DNA of 64,000 bases, taken from Mobula hypostoma (lineage: Eukaryota). Position numbers and translations under genes: made by a program. How positions within the stretch are numbered: the stretch's first letter is position 1; each line of letters starts with the position of its first letter. Positions 50,360 to 63,614 of the stretch are shown here, one piece after another. The notes under the pieces are model-generated. The model did no database searches. It was not told the DNA's origin and worked only from the letters and a program-made list of their open reading frames with translations. Location: positions 123,630,001 to 123,694,000 of the forward strand of contig NC_086097.1 in assembly GCF_963921235.1 (NCBI RefSeq), given 5' to 3'.

Positions 50360-52024
50360 ATCTGAACTTCTCTTCGGTATTCACTAATGAGAGGGAACTT
50401 GATGATGGTGAGGACAATATGAGTGAGGTTGATGTTCTGGAGCATGTTGATATTAAGGGAGAGGAGGTGTAGGAGTTGTTAAAATACATTAGGACAGATA
50501 AGTCCCCGGGGCCTGACGGAATATTCCCCAGGCTGCTCCACGAGGCGAGAGAAGAGATTGCTGAGCCTCTGGCTAGGATCTTTATGTCCTCGTTGTCCAC
50601 GGGAATGGTACCGGAGGATTGGAGGGAGGCGAATGTTGTTCCCTGGTTCAAAAAAGGTAGTAGGGATAGTCCGGGTAATTATAGACCAGTGAGCCTTACG
50701 TCTGTGGTGGGAAAGCTGTTGGAAAAGATTCTTAGAGATAGGATCTATAGGCATTTAGAGAATCATGGTCTGATCAGGGACAGTCAGCATGGCTTTGTGA
50801 AGGGCAGATCGTGTCCAACAAGCCTGATTGAGTTCTTTAAGGAGGTGACCAGGCATATAGATGAGGGTAGTACAGTGGATGTGATCTATATGGATTTTAG
50901 TAAGGCATTTGACAAGGTTCCACATGGTAGGCTTATTCAGAAAGTTAGAAGGCATTGGATCCAGGGAAGTTTGGCCAGGTGGATTCAGAATTGGCTTGCC
51001 TGCAGAAGGCAGAGGGTGGTGGTGGAGGGAGTACGTTCAGATTGGAGGATTGTGACTAGTGGTGTCCCACAAGGATCTGTTCTGGGACCTCTACTTTTCG
51101 TGATTTTTATTAACGACCTGGATGTGGGGGTAGAAGGGTGGGTTGGCAAGTTTGCAGACGACACAAAGGTTGGTGGTGTTGTAGATAGTGTAGAAGATTG
51201 TCAAAGATTGCAGACACATTGATAGGATGCAGAAGTGGGCTGAGAAGTAGCAGATAGAGTTCAACCCGGAGAAGTGTGAGGTGGTACACTTTGGAAGGAC
51301 AAACTCCAAGGCAGAGTACAAAGTAAATGGCAGGATACTTGGTAGTGTGGAGGAGCAGAGGGATCTCGGGGTACATGTCCACAGATCCCTGAAAGTTGCC
51401 TCACAGGTGGATAGGGTAGTTAAGAAAGCTTATGGGGTGTTAGCTTTCATAAGTCGAGGGATAGAGTTTAAGAGTCGCGATGTAATGATGCAGCTCTATA
51501 AAACTCTGGTTAGGCCACACTTGGAGTATTATGTCCAGTTCTGGTCACCTCACTATAGGAAGGATGTGGAAGTATTGGAAAGGGTACAGAGGAGATTTAC
51601 CAGGATGCTGCCTGGTTTAGAAAGTATGCATTATGATCAGAGATTAAGGGAGCTAGGGCTTTACTCTTTGGAGAGAAGGAGGATGACAGGAGACATGATA
51701 GAGCTGTACAAGATAATAAGAGGAATAGATAGAGTGGATAGCCAGCGCCTCTTCCCCAGGGCACCACTGCTCAATACAAGAGGACATGGCTTTAAGGTAA
51801 GGGGTGGGAAGTTCAAGGGGGATATTAGAGGAAGGTTTTTTACTCAGAGAGTGGTTGGTGCGTGGAATGCACTGCCTGAGTCAGTGGTGGAGGCAGATAC
51901 ACTAATGAAGTTTAAGAGACTACTAGACAGGTATATGGAGGAATCTAAGGTGGGAGCTTATATGGGAGACACAACATTGTGGGCCAAAGGGCCTGTACTG
52001 TGCTGTACTATTCTATGTTCTATG
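50360..52024 (+). mobile_element. CR1 LINE 3' half (RT), few disablements
   Basis: [43 protein letters not shown]; (TTCTATG)n tail. Confidence 0.95.
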
Positions 52025-52654
52025 TAAATTTTAAAATATTTGTTCAAATACTTTAAATCAGTGGACCCAACATTGGTCTAGTGACAGCATTCTTAGCTGA
52101 GAGCAGATAAACTTCATATCTGGTCCCTCAGCTTTAAAGACTGAATAAATCACTCAATTATAAAATAAAATAACATCCTTTTTGCTAAATTAAGGTCAGC
52201 TCTTTCTAATCAAGTTCAATGAACTCAACGAATGGGTTTGTATTATTTACTCTGCCTATGGCTGATTGAACACAGAGGGGTCAGATGCAAAGTGCAGCTG
52301 AACCCTCAGTTCAGAATGTAAATGTGCTAGTGCTAGACTCAGTAGAATAGGAAGCGGGGTTGTGTGTGTAATGGAACTGCCAGTTAAAATACAATTTGGT
52401 CCAGTTACTGTGGGACCAAGTACAAGTCTTGCTATGTTCAGCTTGCCTATCTTTAAAAAAACTGTGTATGGTTTCTTGTGTATTTCAGAAATAAATGTTT
52501 GTGTGAATTTACTCTGAAGGTGATCAATTATAAGTTATTTAACATTCATAGTTAATATCAAAGACAGGAACATTTTTTTATTACAAAAAGTCTTGGCTTG
52601 AATACAGTCTGTGTTGAAATTCTACATTGGTGACGCCATGGTGATTTATTGCAG

Positions 52655-52694
52655 GTTTAAAGAAAATAGAGAAGATGACACTTGGTTGGTAGAT
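52655..52694 (+). CDS. TMX3: TMX3 coding exon 3 (40 nt; FKENREDDTWLVD)
   Basis: ttgcAG acceptor, GAT|gtaagt donor; peptide matches TMX3 FKENRNDDIWLVD, which precedes FYAPWCGHC; phase matches exon 2. Confidence 0.92.
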
Positions 52695-54279
52695 GTAAGT
52701 ATGAACTTACTTCAAATTTTTAAATATAAAATTAATTGCAAACGATGTTATGCTGGCAGTTAATTTTCCACTACAGCTAATTGACTGTCTCCACTACCAA
52801 AAATAACACTGCACTTGATAGTGATCTTTAGAGATTAAGAACAGCTTGTTTTTCAGTTAATGTTCACTTGTTTATGCAGGTGACACACACCTCCATACTT
52901 GCATTGATGCTGTGTACTATTTGTCATTTTATGTAGACAAGATTATTGAGCTAGAAGGGCAAGGCTACTTGCTGTACTCTCTGGAAAGGGCCATTAACTA
53001 AGAGCCTCATCATGGGATCATCAATAAACAAATTGGCCTTTGCTTATTACTGCACCAATTTGAGGCTGGTAAATTCACATCCCTGCTACAAACTGATGTT
53101 TGTTGTTTTGGAAGAGAGACCTGGGTACTGACAAATTATGAGTGTACATACAGTATAAAAGCAGGCCCTTTGACCCATCACGCCCATGCTAGCCATCAAC
53201 TACCCATCTAAACAATCCCTTTCGTTATCACTTGCTCTGTAGTCTTTTGTCCCTTGACAATTCAAGTGCTTATCTGTGTACATTTTAAATGTTCTGAGAG
53301 CCTTTGCTTCCACTGGTTCCTTAGCCAGTGTGTTCTAAATTGCAACTTCCCTCTTAAGAAGAAGAATTCCTTAAATCTTCTGTAGTACTTCAATCTGTGC
53401 TCTGTGGTTTCACATATCTCTGTTATAGAGAAAGGTTTCCCACTCTCCAATCTATTTATACCCCTTATAGAGTGCTCTGATTTCCTCCCACATTCCAAAG
53501 ACATATGGAATAGGGTTAGTGAATTGTGGGCATACAATGTTGGTGCCTGAAGCATGGTGACATTTGCGGGCTGCCTTCCATACATTCTCGACGTAAAAGA
53601 CACATTTCACTCTATGCTTCGATGTACATGTGATAAATAAAGCTAATTACTTATGCTAGCTCTATGCTAATGAGAGAATTGTTGTTTAAGACTTGGTTTT
53701 GGAACAAAACAGCATGCCTTTTCATTAGATAATTGAACCTGTGTACTATTTTAATTAGTCTGTAGTGTTGGGTTTTATTATGTCAATTATATCAAAGTTT
53801 ACAACACAGGAGACCATTCAGCATGTGAAGCAAGTACATTGATCCATTTGAGAAAAAGCCAATTAGTCCCATTTCTAACCACTTCCTGTCTTTTCTGCCC
53901 CTTACCCCATAGCACAACTACTCCATAGTTCTGCAATTTGTTTCCTTTCAAGTACTTACTTAGTTCCCTTTTGGACACCACTCCTCTGGTAATATGCTTA
54001 AGAATCTAATTACTGGTATTCTTGTTGAACAAATATCCTCATGCCATTTGTTTTTATTAGTTAATTAATTTCATTTTCTGGTTCTAACTCTTCTGCCACT
54101 TGTTGGCATCAGTTTTTCTCTACTCTGCCTCGATCCAATGTGGTCATTAATATGTGGATTTAATACATGTTATGTAAATGCAGTATGTGGTTTTAGATCC
54201 TCTCTCCATAGAACCATAGAAACTACAGCACAGAAACAGGCCCTTTGGCCCTTCTTGGCTGTGCCGAACCATTTTCTGC

Positions 54280-57203
54280 CTAGTCCCACTGACCTGCACA
54301 CGGACCATATCCCTCCATACACCTCCCATCCATGTATCTGTCCAATTTATTCTTAAATGTTAAAAAAGAACCTGCATTTACCACCCCGTCTGGCAGCTCA
54401 TTCCATACTCCCACCACTCTCTGTGTGAAGAAGCCCCCGCTAATGTTCCCTTTAAACTTTTCCCCCTTCACCCTTAACCCATGTCCTCTGGTTTTTTTCT
54501 CCCCTTGCCTCAGTGGAAAAAGCCTGCTTGCATTCACTCTCCCTATACCCATCATAATTTTATATACCTCTATCAAATCTCCCCTCATTCTTCTACACTC
54601 CAGGGAATAAAGTCCCTATTCAACCTTTCTCTGTAACTGAGTTTCTCAAGTCCCGGCAACATCCTTGTAAACCTTCTCTGCACTCTTTCAACCTTATTTA
54701 TATCCTTCCTGTAATTTGGTGACCAAAACTGAACACAATACTCCAGGTTCGGCCTCACCAATGCCTTATACAACCTCATCATAACATTCCAGCTCTTATA
54801 CTCACTACTACGATTAATAAAGGCCAATGTACCAAAAGCTCTCTTTACGACCCTATCTACCTGTGACGACACTTTTAGGGAATTTTGTATCTGTATTCCC
54901 GGATCCCTCTGTTCCACTGCACTCCTCAGTGCCTTACCATTAACCCTGTATGTTCTACGTTGGTTTGTCCTTCCAACGTGCAATACCTCACACTTGTCAG
55001 TATTAAGCTCCATCTGCCATTTTTCAGCCCATTTTTCCAGCTGGTCCAAGTCCCTCTGCAGGCTCTGAAAACCTTCCTCACTGTCTACCACACCTTCAAT
55101 CTTTGTATCATCAGCAGACTTGCTGATCCAATTTATCACATTATCATCCAGATCATTGATATAGATGACAAATAACAATGGACCCAGCACTGATCCCTGT
55201 GGCACACCACTAGTCACAGGCCTCCACTCAGAAAAGCAATTTTCTACCACCACTCTCTGGCTTCTTCCATCGCGCCAATGTCCAATCCAATTTATCACCT
55301 CTCCATGTATACCTAGCGACTGAATTTTCCTAACTAACCTCCCATGCGGGACCTTGTCAAAGGCCTTACTGAAGTCCATGTAGACAATATCCACTGCCTT
55401 CCCTTCATCCACTTTCCTGGTAACCTCCTCGAAAAACTCTAATAGATTGGTCAAACATGACCTACCATGCACAAAGCCATGTTGACTCTCCCTAATAAGC
55501 CCCTGTCTATCCAAATGCTTGTAGATTCTGTCTCTTAGTACTCCCTCCAATAACTTACCTACTACTGACGTTAAACTCACCGGCCTATAATTTCCCGGAT
55601 TACTTTTCGATCCTTTTTTAAACAACGGAACAACATGAGCCACTCTCCAATCCTCCGGCACCTCACCCATAGACAGCGACATTTTAAATATTTCTGCCAG
55701 GGCCCCCGCAATTTCAACACTAGTCTCCTTCAAGGTCCGAGGGAACACCCTGTCAGGTCCCGGGGATTTATCCACTTTAATTTTCCTCAAGACAGCAAGC
55801 ACCTCCTCCTTTTCAATCTGTACAGTTGCCATGGTCTCACTACTTGATTCCCTCAATTCCATAGATTTCATGCCAGCTTCCTTAGTAAATACAGACGCAA
55901 AAAACCTATTTAAGATCTCCCCCATTTCCTTTGGTTCCGCACAAAGCCGACCACTCTGATCTTCAAGAGGACCAATTTTATCCCTTACAATCCTTTTGCT
56001 GTTAATATACTTGTAAAAGCTCTTTGGATTATCCTTCACCTTGACTGCCAAGGCAACCTCATGTCTTCTTTTTGCCCTCCTGATTTCTTTCTTAAGTATA
56101 TTCTTGCACTTCTTATACTGCTCAAGCACCTGATTTACCCCCTGTTTCCTATACATTTCATACAACACCCTGTTCTTCTTTATCAGAGTTGCAATATCCC
56201 TTGAGAACCAAGGTTCCTTATTCCTATTCAATTTGCCTTTAATCCTGACAGGAACATACAAACTCTGCACTCTCAAAATTTCCCCTTTAAAGGCTTCCCA
56301 CCTACCAATCACATCTTTGCCAGAGAACAACCTGTCCCAATCCACGCTTTTTAGATCCTTTCTCATTTCTTCAAATTTGACCTTCTTCCAGTTCAGAACC
56401 TCAACCCTAGGACCAGATCTATCCTTGTCCATGATCAAATTGAAACTAATGGCGTTATGATCACTGGAAACAAAGTGCTCCCCTACACAGACTTCCGTCA
56501 CTTGCCCTAATTCGTTTCCTAACAGAAGATCCAATATTGCATCCCCTGTAGTTGGTCCCTCTATATACTGATTTAGAAAACTTTCCTGAACACATTTTAC
56601 ACACTCTAAACCATCTAGACCCCTAACAGTATGGGAGTCCCAATCAATGTATGGAAAATTAAAATTCCCTACCACCACAACTTTATGTTTCCTGCAGTTG
56701 CCTGCTATCTCTCTGCAGATTTGCTCTTCCAAGTCTCGTTGACTATTGGGTGGTCTATAATACAATCCCACTAATGTGGCCATACCTTTCCTGTTTCTCA
56801 GCTCCACCCATAAGGACTCAGTAGACAAGCCCTCTAATCTGTCCTGCCTGAGCACTGCTGTAATATTTTCCCTAACAAGCAATGCTACTCCCCCACCTTT
56901 CATTCCTCTGCCTCGATCACATCTGAAACATTGGAACCCTGGAATATTAAGCTGCCAGTCCTGCCCCTCCTGTAGCCAAGTTTCACTAATTGCTACAACA
57001 TCATAATTCCACGTGTCAATCCACGCCCTCAACTCATCCACCTTCCCCGCAATACTCCTAGCATTGAAATATATACACCTCAGAAGATTTTTACCACCAC
57101 TCACAACCTTTCCATCAGCGGATTTGCTTAAACTTTCAACATCATTTATTTTCACCCCAGCCACACTGTCAGCTTTGGCACTCTGGTTCCCATCCCCCTG
57201 CAA
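54280..57203 (-). CDS. CR1 ORF2 (APE endonuclease plus RT), one frameshift near 54610
   Basis: YFNARS, ISETW, GNFN, SSDH (endonuclease); DFSKAFD, PQGS, KSADD (RT; usual FADD altered); C-terminus continues in ORF 54280-54588. Confidence 0.9.
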
Positions 57204-57205
57204 AT

Positions 57206-58142
57206 CTAGTTTAAAGCCTCCCCAATAGCACTAACAAACCTCCCTGAAAGGATATTGGCCCCCCTGTGGTTCAAGTGTAACCCGTCTCTCTGGTACAGGT
57301 CCCACCTGCCCCAGAAGAGGTCCCAATGATCCTGAAATCTGAAACCCTGCCCCCTACACCAGTTCCTCTGCCACTTGTTCCTCCTCCAGAGCATCCTATT
57401 CCTACCTTCACTGGCACCTAGCACAGGTAGCAAACCTGAGATTACCACCCTGGAGGTCCTGCTTTTCAACTTCCTACCAAGCTCTCTATACTCACTGTCC
57501 AGGACCTCTTCACTCTTCCTTGCTATGTCATTGGTGCCTATGTGCATCACGACATCTGGCTGGTCACCCTCCCACTTCAGAATGTCATGCAATCGATCAG
57601 AGACATCCTTGACCCTGGCACCTGGGAGGCAACAAACCATCCTGGATTCTCTGTCACGACCACAGAACCTCCTATCTGCACCTCTAACTATCGAGTCCCC
57701 TATCACTACCGCTCTCCTCTTTTCCCCCCCTCCCTTCTGCACTGCAGAGCCAGACTCAGTGCCAGAGATCCAGCTACTGCAGCTAGTCCCAGGTAAGTCA
57801 TTCCCCCCAACAGTATCCAATGCGGTATACTTGTTGCTGAGGGGAATGGCCACAGAGGAACCCTGCTCTGCCTGCCCTTTCCTCTTCCCTCGCCTGACAG
57901 TGACCCAATTTCCTCTCCTCTGCTCCTTTGGCGTAACTACCTCCTTGTAGCTACGATCTATAATCTCCTCATTCTCCCGAATGATCCGCAGGTCATCCAG
58001 CTCCTGCTCCAGTTCCCTAACGCGGTTTGTCAGGAGCTGCAGCTGGATGCACTTCTTGCAGGTGTCGTTGTCAGGGACACCGGAGGGCTCCCTGACTTCC
58101 CACATCCTGCAAGAGGAGCATTCCAACATCCTGCCTGGCATT
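57206..58142 (-). CDS. CR1 ORF1 (zinc finger, leucine zipper, SGNH esterase)
   Basis: CSSC..CKKC, coiled coil, VIGDSIVR, HIGTND, DGLHLN. Start placed at the first ATG (MPGRML). Confidence 0.9.
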
Positions 58143-59729
58143 CTCTCTACGCTAGACAATCTGAACAAAATACTTACTGGAACCTACCCTGGCCTGTGCC
58201 TGTTCTCGGCGAAGCCTGTTTGAACCAAAACCGTCCCACTCTGACTCAGTCCACTCTGACGATGGCCGCTGTATATGGTCGTCTGCGTACTCTTTTGCAA
58301 GGAAATCAATCCCAGCTGCACCAATCTATCTAAATTACCAAATATTGACAAGTTGTTTAAAGCCAATTTACTTTAACAAACCCATGCGGCCTTTTCCCCG
58401 ATAAATTCTTATTATCTAAGTGCATGCTATTTTTGATCCTGACTTGTGTATCTAGATTTATGCTTGTATTCTTTGTTTTTAAATACAACTGTCGTCTCCT
58501 ATTAACGGGGCCTGAATAAAATGTCCGATCTGTTGGAAGCAACAATAAAATGAATGGTTGAAAAGCATTCTAATTCAATGTTTTAGTTAGTAGATAAATG
58601 GAGATAGTTTGAAATGCATTACAAAATTGGCACAAATGGTTCTTAACTCTCTCGCAAGGAGCAATTTAGTTTTTCTCTGAATGGTGTTGTCAGTGCTGAT
58701 TAACTGGACTCTGAAAATTCACACTCATTCCTCAATCACACTTTATTTACTTGTACACAAGGAGAACAACATGGGCTCTGTCTCCAAACTGTGCTGCAGT
58801 CTGAACAGAGAAATGCCATTTTTATACAGAATTGACTAGCAGTTACAGATATTGACCATTTGGTGATCTGTATATGTTCAAATTCCTTATTTGCAAGATC
58901 AGCCGCCATTCGTAATACTCGTCTTAAAAATCAATAGAAGCTACAAGCTAACAACTAATGATACTTTGAAGTTATTAATTGTCCCCTAGCTGGTGTGCAG
59001 CTTGCATCCTTTGATTACATCCCTATCTTGTCTTGGTGTGCCAGATGGCTCTGATACCCTGCTATGGAAAGGGAAGCTATGCTCTTCAAAGACTTTTCTT
59101 AAAAGATCTTTCTTTCCTGGGCTTACTGCACACTATCTGTAAACTATCCTTGTCTGGTCACTACCTTAACCCTTGTCTTGCCACAACTTCCATAGCATAT
59201 TGCAACTTCCTACATTCTGAATTATGCTTTGGCAACTCTGATTTGACCAAATGATTGTTGACAATGTCACTTTAAGTTATCAAATTAGTTGGCGCAGAGA
59301 AAAACAATTTGACACACCATTCAGTCAGTTTGTAGCTGACATCTGTACTGTTTTCCCATGATATTTCCCTCACACTTTTTCCTGACATTCTTTCAATGAC
59401 TCAGCATCTGCAGTTCTCTGTAGTGACAAATTTTCATTTCTCATCACCTTCAGGGTAGAAATATGACCTCATCATCCTGGGTATATGGCTCCCTAGGCTA
59501 AGACTAGATTGTAAGAATTATTTTTTTTTAATCATTGCATTTTGATGATGTCACCTCCTAACTGCCCTGAAATCCTGAAAATGAATATCCATTCTTGGCA
59601 ATTCCTTCCTATAGGATAGCTTGATCAATAAACAATCTAATGAATCACTGTTGCATCCCATCCAAATTGTGTCGATTTCTCCTTGGCTAAAGGATCAAGA
59701 GATGCCCTTGACTACTTGCTGTAACTGAC

Positions 59730-60035
59730 TTTGTAGTGCCCTGGAGATTGTGGATGTTAAGTACCTCTCCAGAGACTTAAAACAAAAATCTAAGCAGTAC
59801 TGTCTATTCTGAGGTCTGCTGGATATGTGTATAAGAAAACATATGATAATCTCTGTCTCTGGGAAGAAAATGTGACTTGTCCCAGCTGTTCTAGCCAATA
59901 TTTATCCCCTAATCAAAATTACCAGGGTAAGTTACCAGCTCCATGTATTGTAACAGCTCAGTACATCACGCTTTACATAGCATTTTGGGATATCCTGAAA
60001 GAGAGACAAAAGGAGTTTAATCATTGCAAATGTTT
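59730..60035 (+). mobile_element. Old DeuSINE-like SINE
   Basis: tRNA-like head (TTGTGGATGTTAAGT..CTCCAGAGACTT), CCAATATTTATCCC core and TTTGGGATATCCTGA tail resemble recalled shark DeuSINEs. Confidence 0.45.
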
Positions 60036-61184
60036 AATCCTATTCCAGTGCCTTTCTGGTCCTCTGCAGTAAGAATGTGATTTGCCTTCCTAATTGTTTA
60101 ATTGCTTGGCACAGCTTCATCTTTGGGATTTGCATCTAGGTCCTCTGAATATTCAACTCAAGATTCAAGTTTATTTATCAGGGGTACGTCAAAACATACA
60201 GTGAGATGTGTGGTTTGCATTAATTACCAACATACCCAAGGGTGTGCTGACAACAGCCCACAAGTTTCCAGCACCAATGTAACCTGTCCACAATTTATTG
60301 ATCTTTAAGCTTATTTACCAAAGTGAAAACTTTACTCCATCTACCTGTCAGATTCCATTTTCCGGCCTCTGACCTGCACTATATACAAACGTTTGTAGTT
60401 TTTCATTGCCCTAAAGCATTTTAGTGCTTAATACTGTAAATTTGTCCTTTTCCCTATTGCTGGCTGGCTTGTATCTTTTTGCTTCCTCCTTGTAGTTTCC
60501 CTTCCTACTAAGCTTCCTATCAATGGCCATTTCTGTATTATACTCAACAAAGTCTTTGAAATAAATTTCAAATAAATGAATCGGACGTATAGATCAGACC
60601 AGAAGCAGTTGTTGGGCGCTTTAGAAAATACAAGTTCATAGTAGCTCTCCTTTCTGTCAATTAAACAACCAGCTATCCACTCTAACACTTTGCTACCAAT
60701 TCCATGATCCTTAATCTAAAGATTTTGTTTTTGTGTGGCACCATATTGTAAATCAACATGTGCTATATCCATTGGTTTCTCCTTTGTCAACCTGACTTGT
60801 TAGATCCTCAAAATGGCTTTGTACCCCTGATTATTGGCACTATGTTTTAAATTCTCAAAATCATATGGTACTGAGATTCATTTTCTTGTAACCATTCACA
60901 GTAGAATAAAGATATTTAATAGTATCAATGGAAAACTACACAAAGACTGATGCACAAAAACCAATGTGCAAAAGAATACAAACTGGGCAAGTACAAAAAA
61001 AAAATAATAATAATAAATAAATAATACTGAGAACATGGGTTCTAGAATCTTAAAAGTGAGTCCATACAGTAGGTTGTGGAATCAGTTCAGAGTTGAGGTG
61101 ACTGAAGTTATCCGTGCTAGTTCAGGAGCCTGATGGATAAAAATATTGTTCCTGAACCTGGTGGTGTGGGACCTAAAGGCTCCT

Positions 61185-62213
61185 GTGCCTTCTATGCCTG
61201 CTTTGAAAGGGAGAATATAACTACAGCTGTGAAGATCCCTGCTGCACCTGATGATCCTGTGATCTCTGTCTCAGAGGCTGATGTTAGGTTGTCTTTAAGG
61301 AGAGTGAACCCTTGCAAGATGGAAGGTCCCGATGGAGTACCTGGTAAGGCTCTGAAAACCTGTGCCAACCAACTGGCAGGGGAATTAAAGGACATTTTCA
61401 ACCTCTCACTGCTATGGGCGGAAGTTCCCACCTGCTTCAAAAAGGCAACAATTATACCAGTGCCTAAGAAGAATAATGTGAACTGCCTTAATGACTATCG
61501 CCCGGTAGCACTCACATCTACAGTGATGAAATGCTTTGAGAGGTTGGTCATGACTATAATAAAGGACTAACCTCTATTGCCGTTAGACTATCATGGCGAT
61601 AGGCAAATTGCAGTGGGTCCAGGTCCTTGCTGAGGAGTTTGAAGAGATTTGGAATGTCAACAGATACACTCAAAAATTTCTATAGATGTACCGTGGAGAG
61701 CACTCTGACAGGCTGCATCACTGTCTGATATGGGGAGGGTGGGGGTTTGGTCCACTACACAGGACCGAAAGAAGCTGCAGAGGGTTGTAAACTTAGTCGG
61801 CTCCATCTTGGGTACTAGCCTACAAAGTAACCAGGACATCTTCAAAGAGCGGTCTCTCAGAAAGGCAGCATCCATCTTTAAGGACCTCCATCACCCAGGG
61901 CATGCCCTTTTCTCACTGTTACCATCAGGTAGGAAGCACAGAAGCCGAAGGCACACACTCAGCAATTCAGGAACAGCTTCTTCCCCTCTGCCATCCGATT
62001 CCTAAATGGATATTGAACCCATGAACAGTACCGCACTTTTAATACATATTATTTCTGTTTTTTGGACAATTTTTAATCTATTCAATATAGGTATACGGTA
62101 ATGGATTTACTTATCATTATTATTTTTTTTCTATATTCTGTATTGCATTGAACTGCTGCTGCTAAGTTAAATTTCATGACTCATGCCAGTGCTAATAAAC
62201 CTGATTCTGATTC
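61185..62213 (+). mobile_element. Rex1/Babar-type LINE with internal deletion/inversion, nested in an older minus-strand LINE tail (about 60860-62280)
   Basis: [33 protein letters not shown]; (GATTCT)n tail. Confidence 0.85.
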
Positions 62214-62504
62214 TGAAGCTCCTTTTGATAGTAGCAGCAAGAAGAGAGCACGGCCTGGATGGTGAGGGTCATTGATGATGATGAATCTTGTCTATTAATG
62301 TGATTTTTCTTTAAAGTGCCTCATTACCATTCCCTTCATAGTTTTCTAGCAGTTTTCTAGGATATAGAAGAGCTTTCATTCAGAAAGTACCAGCTTTACA
62401 TAGAGTATTCACACTGGTTATCAAGCACCTATCTATCATGTGCTTCCACCATCCCTATCAACTCTCAAAATCACTGCAATACTTCTGCTATCTTCCCTAC
62501 TCCA

Positions 62505-62660
62505 CAGGCAATTTACAGTAGATGTAAACTGGAGCACCTGGGGGAAACCCACCTGGTCACAATCAAAGCACACAGGCTCCACCAAGTCAGCATGTTAAAG
62601 TTGGAATTGAACCTCAGTCTATGGAGCTGTGAGACAGCAGTGTTAACTACTGTACTCTGT
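62505..62660 (-). mobile_element. tRNA-derived (V-SINE-like) SINE
   Basis: ACTGGAGCACCTGGGGGAAACCCAC..GGAATTGAACC..GGAGCTGTGAGACAGCAG is the reverse of a B-box head and V-domain-like body. Confidence 0.6.
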
Positions 62661-62877
62661 GATCCCAGTCTCTGAGGCCAACATGAGGTAATCCTCAATG
62701 AGAGTGAATCCACAGAAGGCGTTTGGCCCAGATGGCCTACCTGGCTGAATACTGAAGACCTGTGCTAACTAAGCAGCTGCAGAGTCACTTCGGTAGTCTG
62801 AGGTACCCACCTGATTCAAGCAGGCGTCAGTCATACCAGTGCCCTAGAAGAACATGATAACCTGCTTCAATGACTAT

Positions 62878-63240
62878 CAACACACACAAAATGCTGGGGG
62901 AACTCAGCAGGCCAAGCAGCATCTGTGGAAAAGAGTACAGTCAGTGTTTCAGGCTGAGACCCTTCGACAGGACTGGAACAAAAAGATGAGTAGTGTAAAA
63001 AGGTGGGGAAAGGGGAAGGAGAAACTCAAGATCATAGGTGAAACCGGGAGGGGGAGGGGTGCAGTCAAAAAGCTAGGAAGTTGTTTGGTGAAAGAGATGG
63101 AGGGGTGGAGAAGTAGTAATCCAATCGAAGCAGACAAAAGGTCATGGAAGCAAGAAAAGGGGGAGGAGCACCAGAAGGAGGCGATAGGCAGGCAAGGCGG
63201 TAAGGTGAGAGAGGGAAAAGACACAAAATGCTGGAGGTAC
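62878..63240 (-). mobile_element. Penelope terminal fragment
   Basis: CAACACACACAAAATGCTGG..GAGACCCTTCGACAGGAC followed by purine-rich tail sequence. Confidence 0.75.
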
Positions 63241-63614
63241 TCTCTCACCTGACTAGTCACCGAACTAGCTCTTCCTGGATTCCATGGGACTGAACCTTCT
63301 AGACCAGCCTACCACGCGGGACCTCATTGAAGGCCTTGCTAATGTCCAAAGAGAGAACATGCACTGGCCTTTTCGGTCATTTCTTCAAAAACTCTAAAAT
63401 ATTTGCTAAGCACAACTTTCCATTCACAAAGCTATGCTGACTCCTTGTAATCAGACTCTGTCTCTCCAAATGCCTGTAGATCCCCTCCCTCAGAATTTCC
63501 TCCAGTAACTTCCCCACTACTAATATCAGGTAGACTGGCCTGTAGTCCTTGCTTTTTTTTAAACATTAGGTACTTTACAGTCTTCAGGGCTTTCACCTAT
63601 GATTAATGATGAAA

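Larger units (their letters stand above)
54207..58319 (-). mobile_element. Near-intact full-length CR1 LINE
   Basis: 5'UTR, ORF1, ORF2 and (CATAGAA)-type tail all present; 5' end approximate. Confidence 0.95.

Noticed and set aside
54200..58330. TSD for the full-length CR1
   Set aside because: No convincing duplication found, so the 5' boundary remains approximate.
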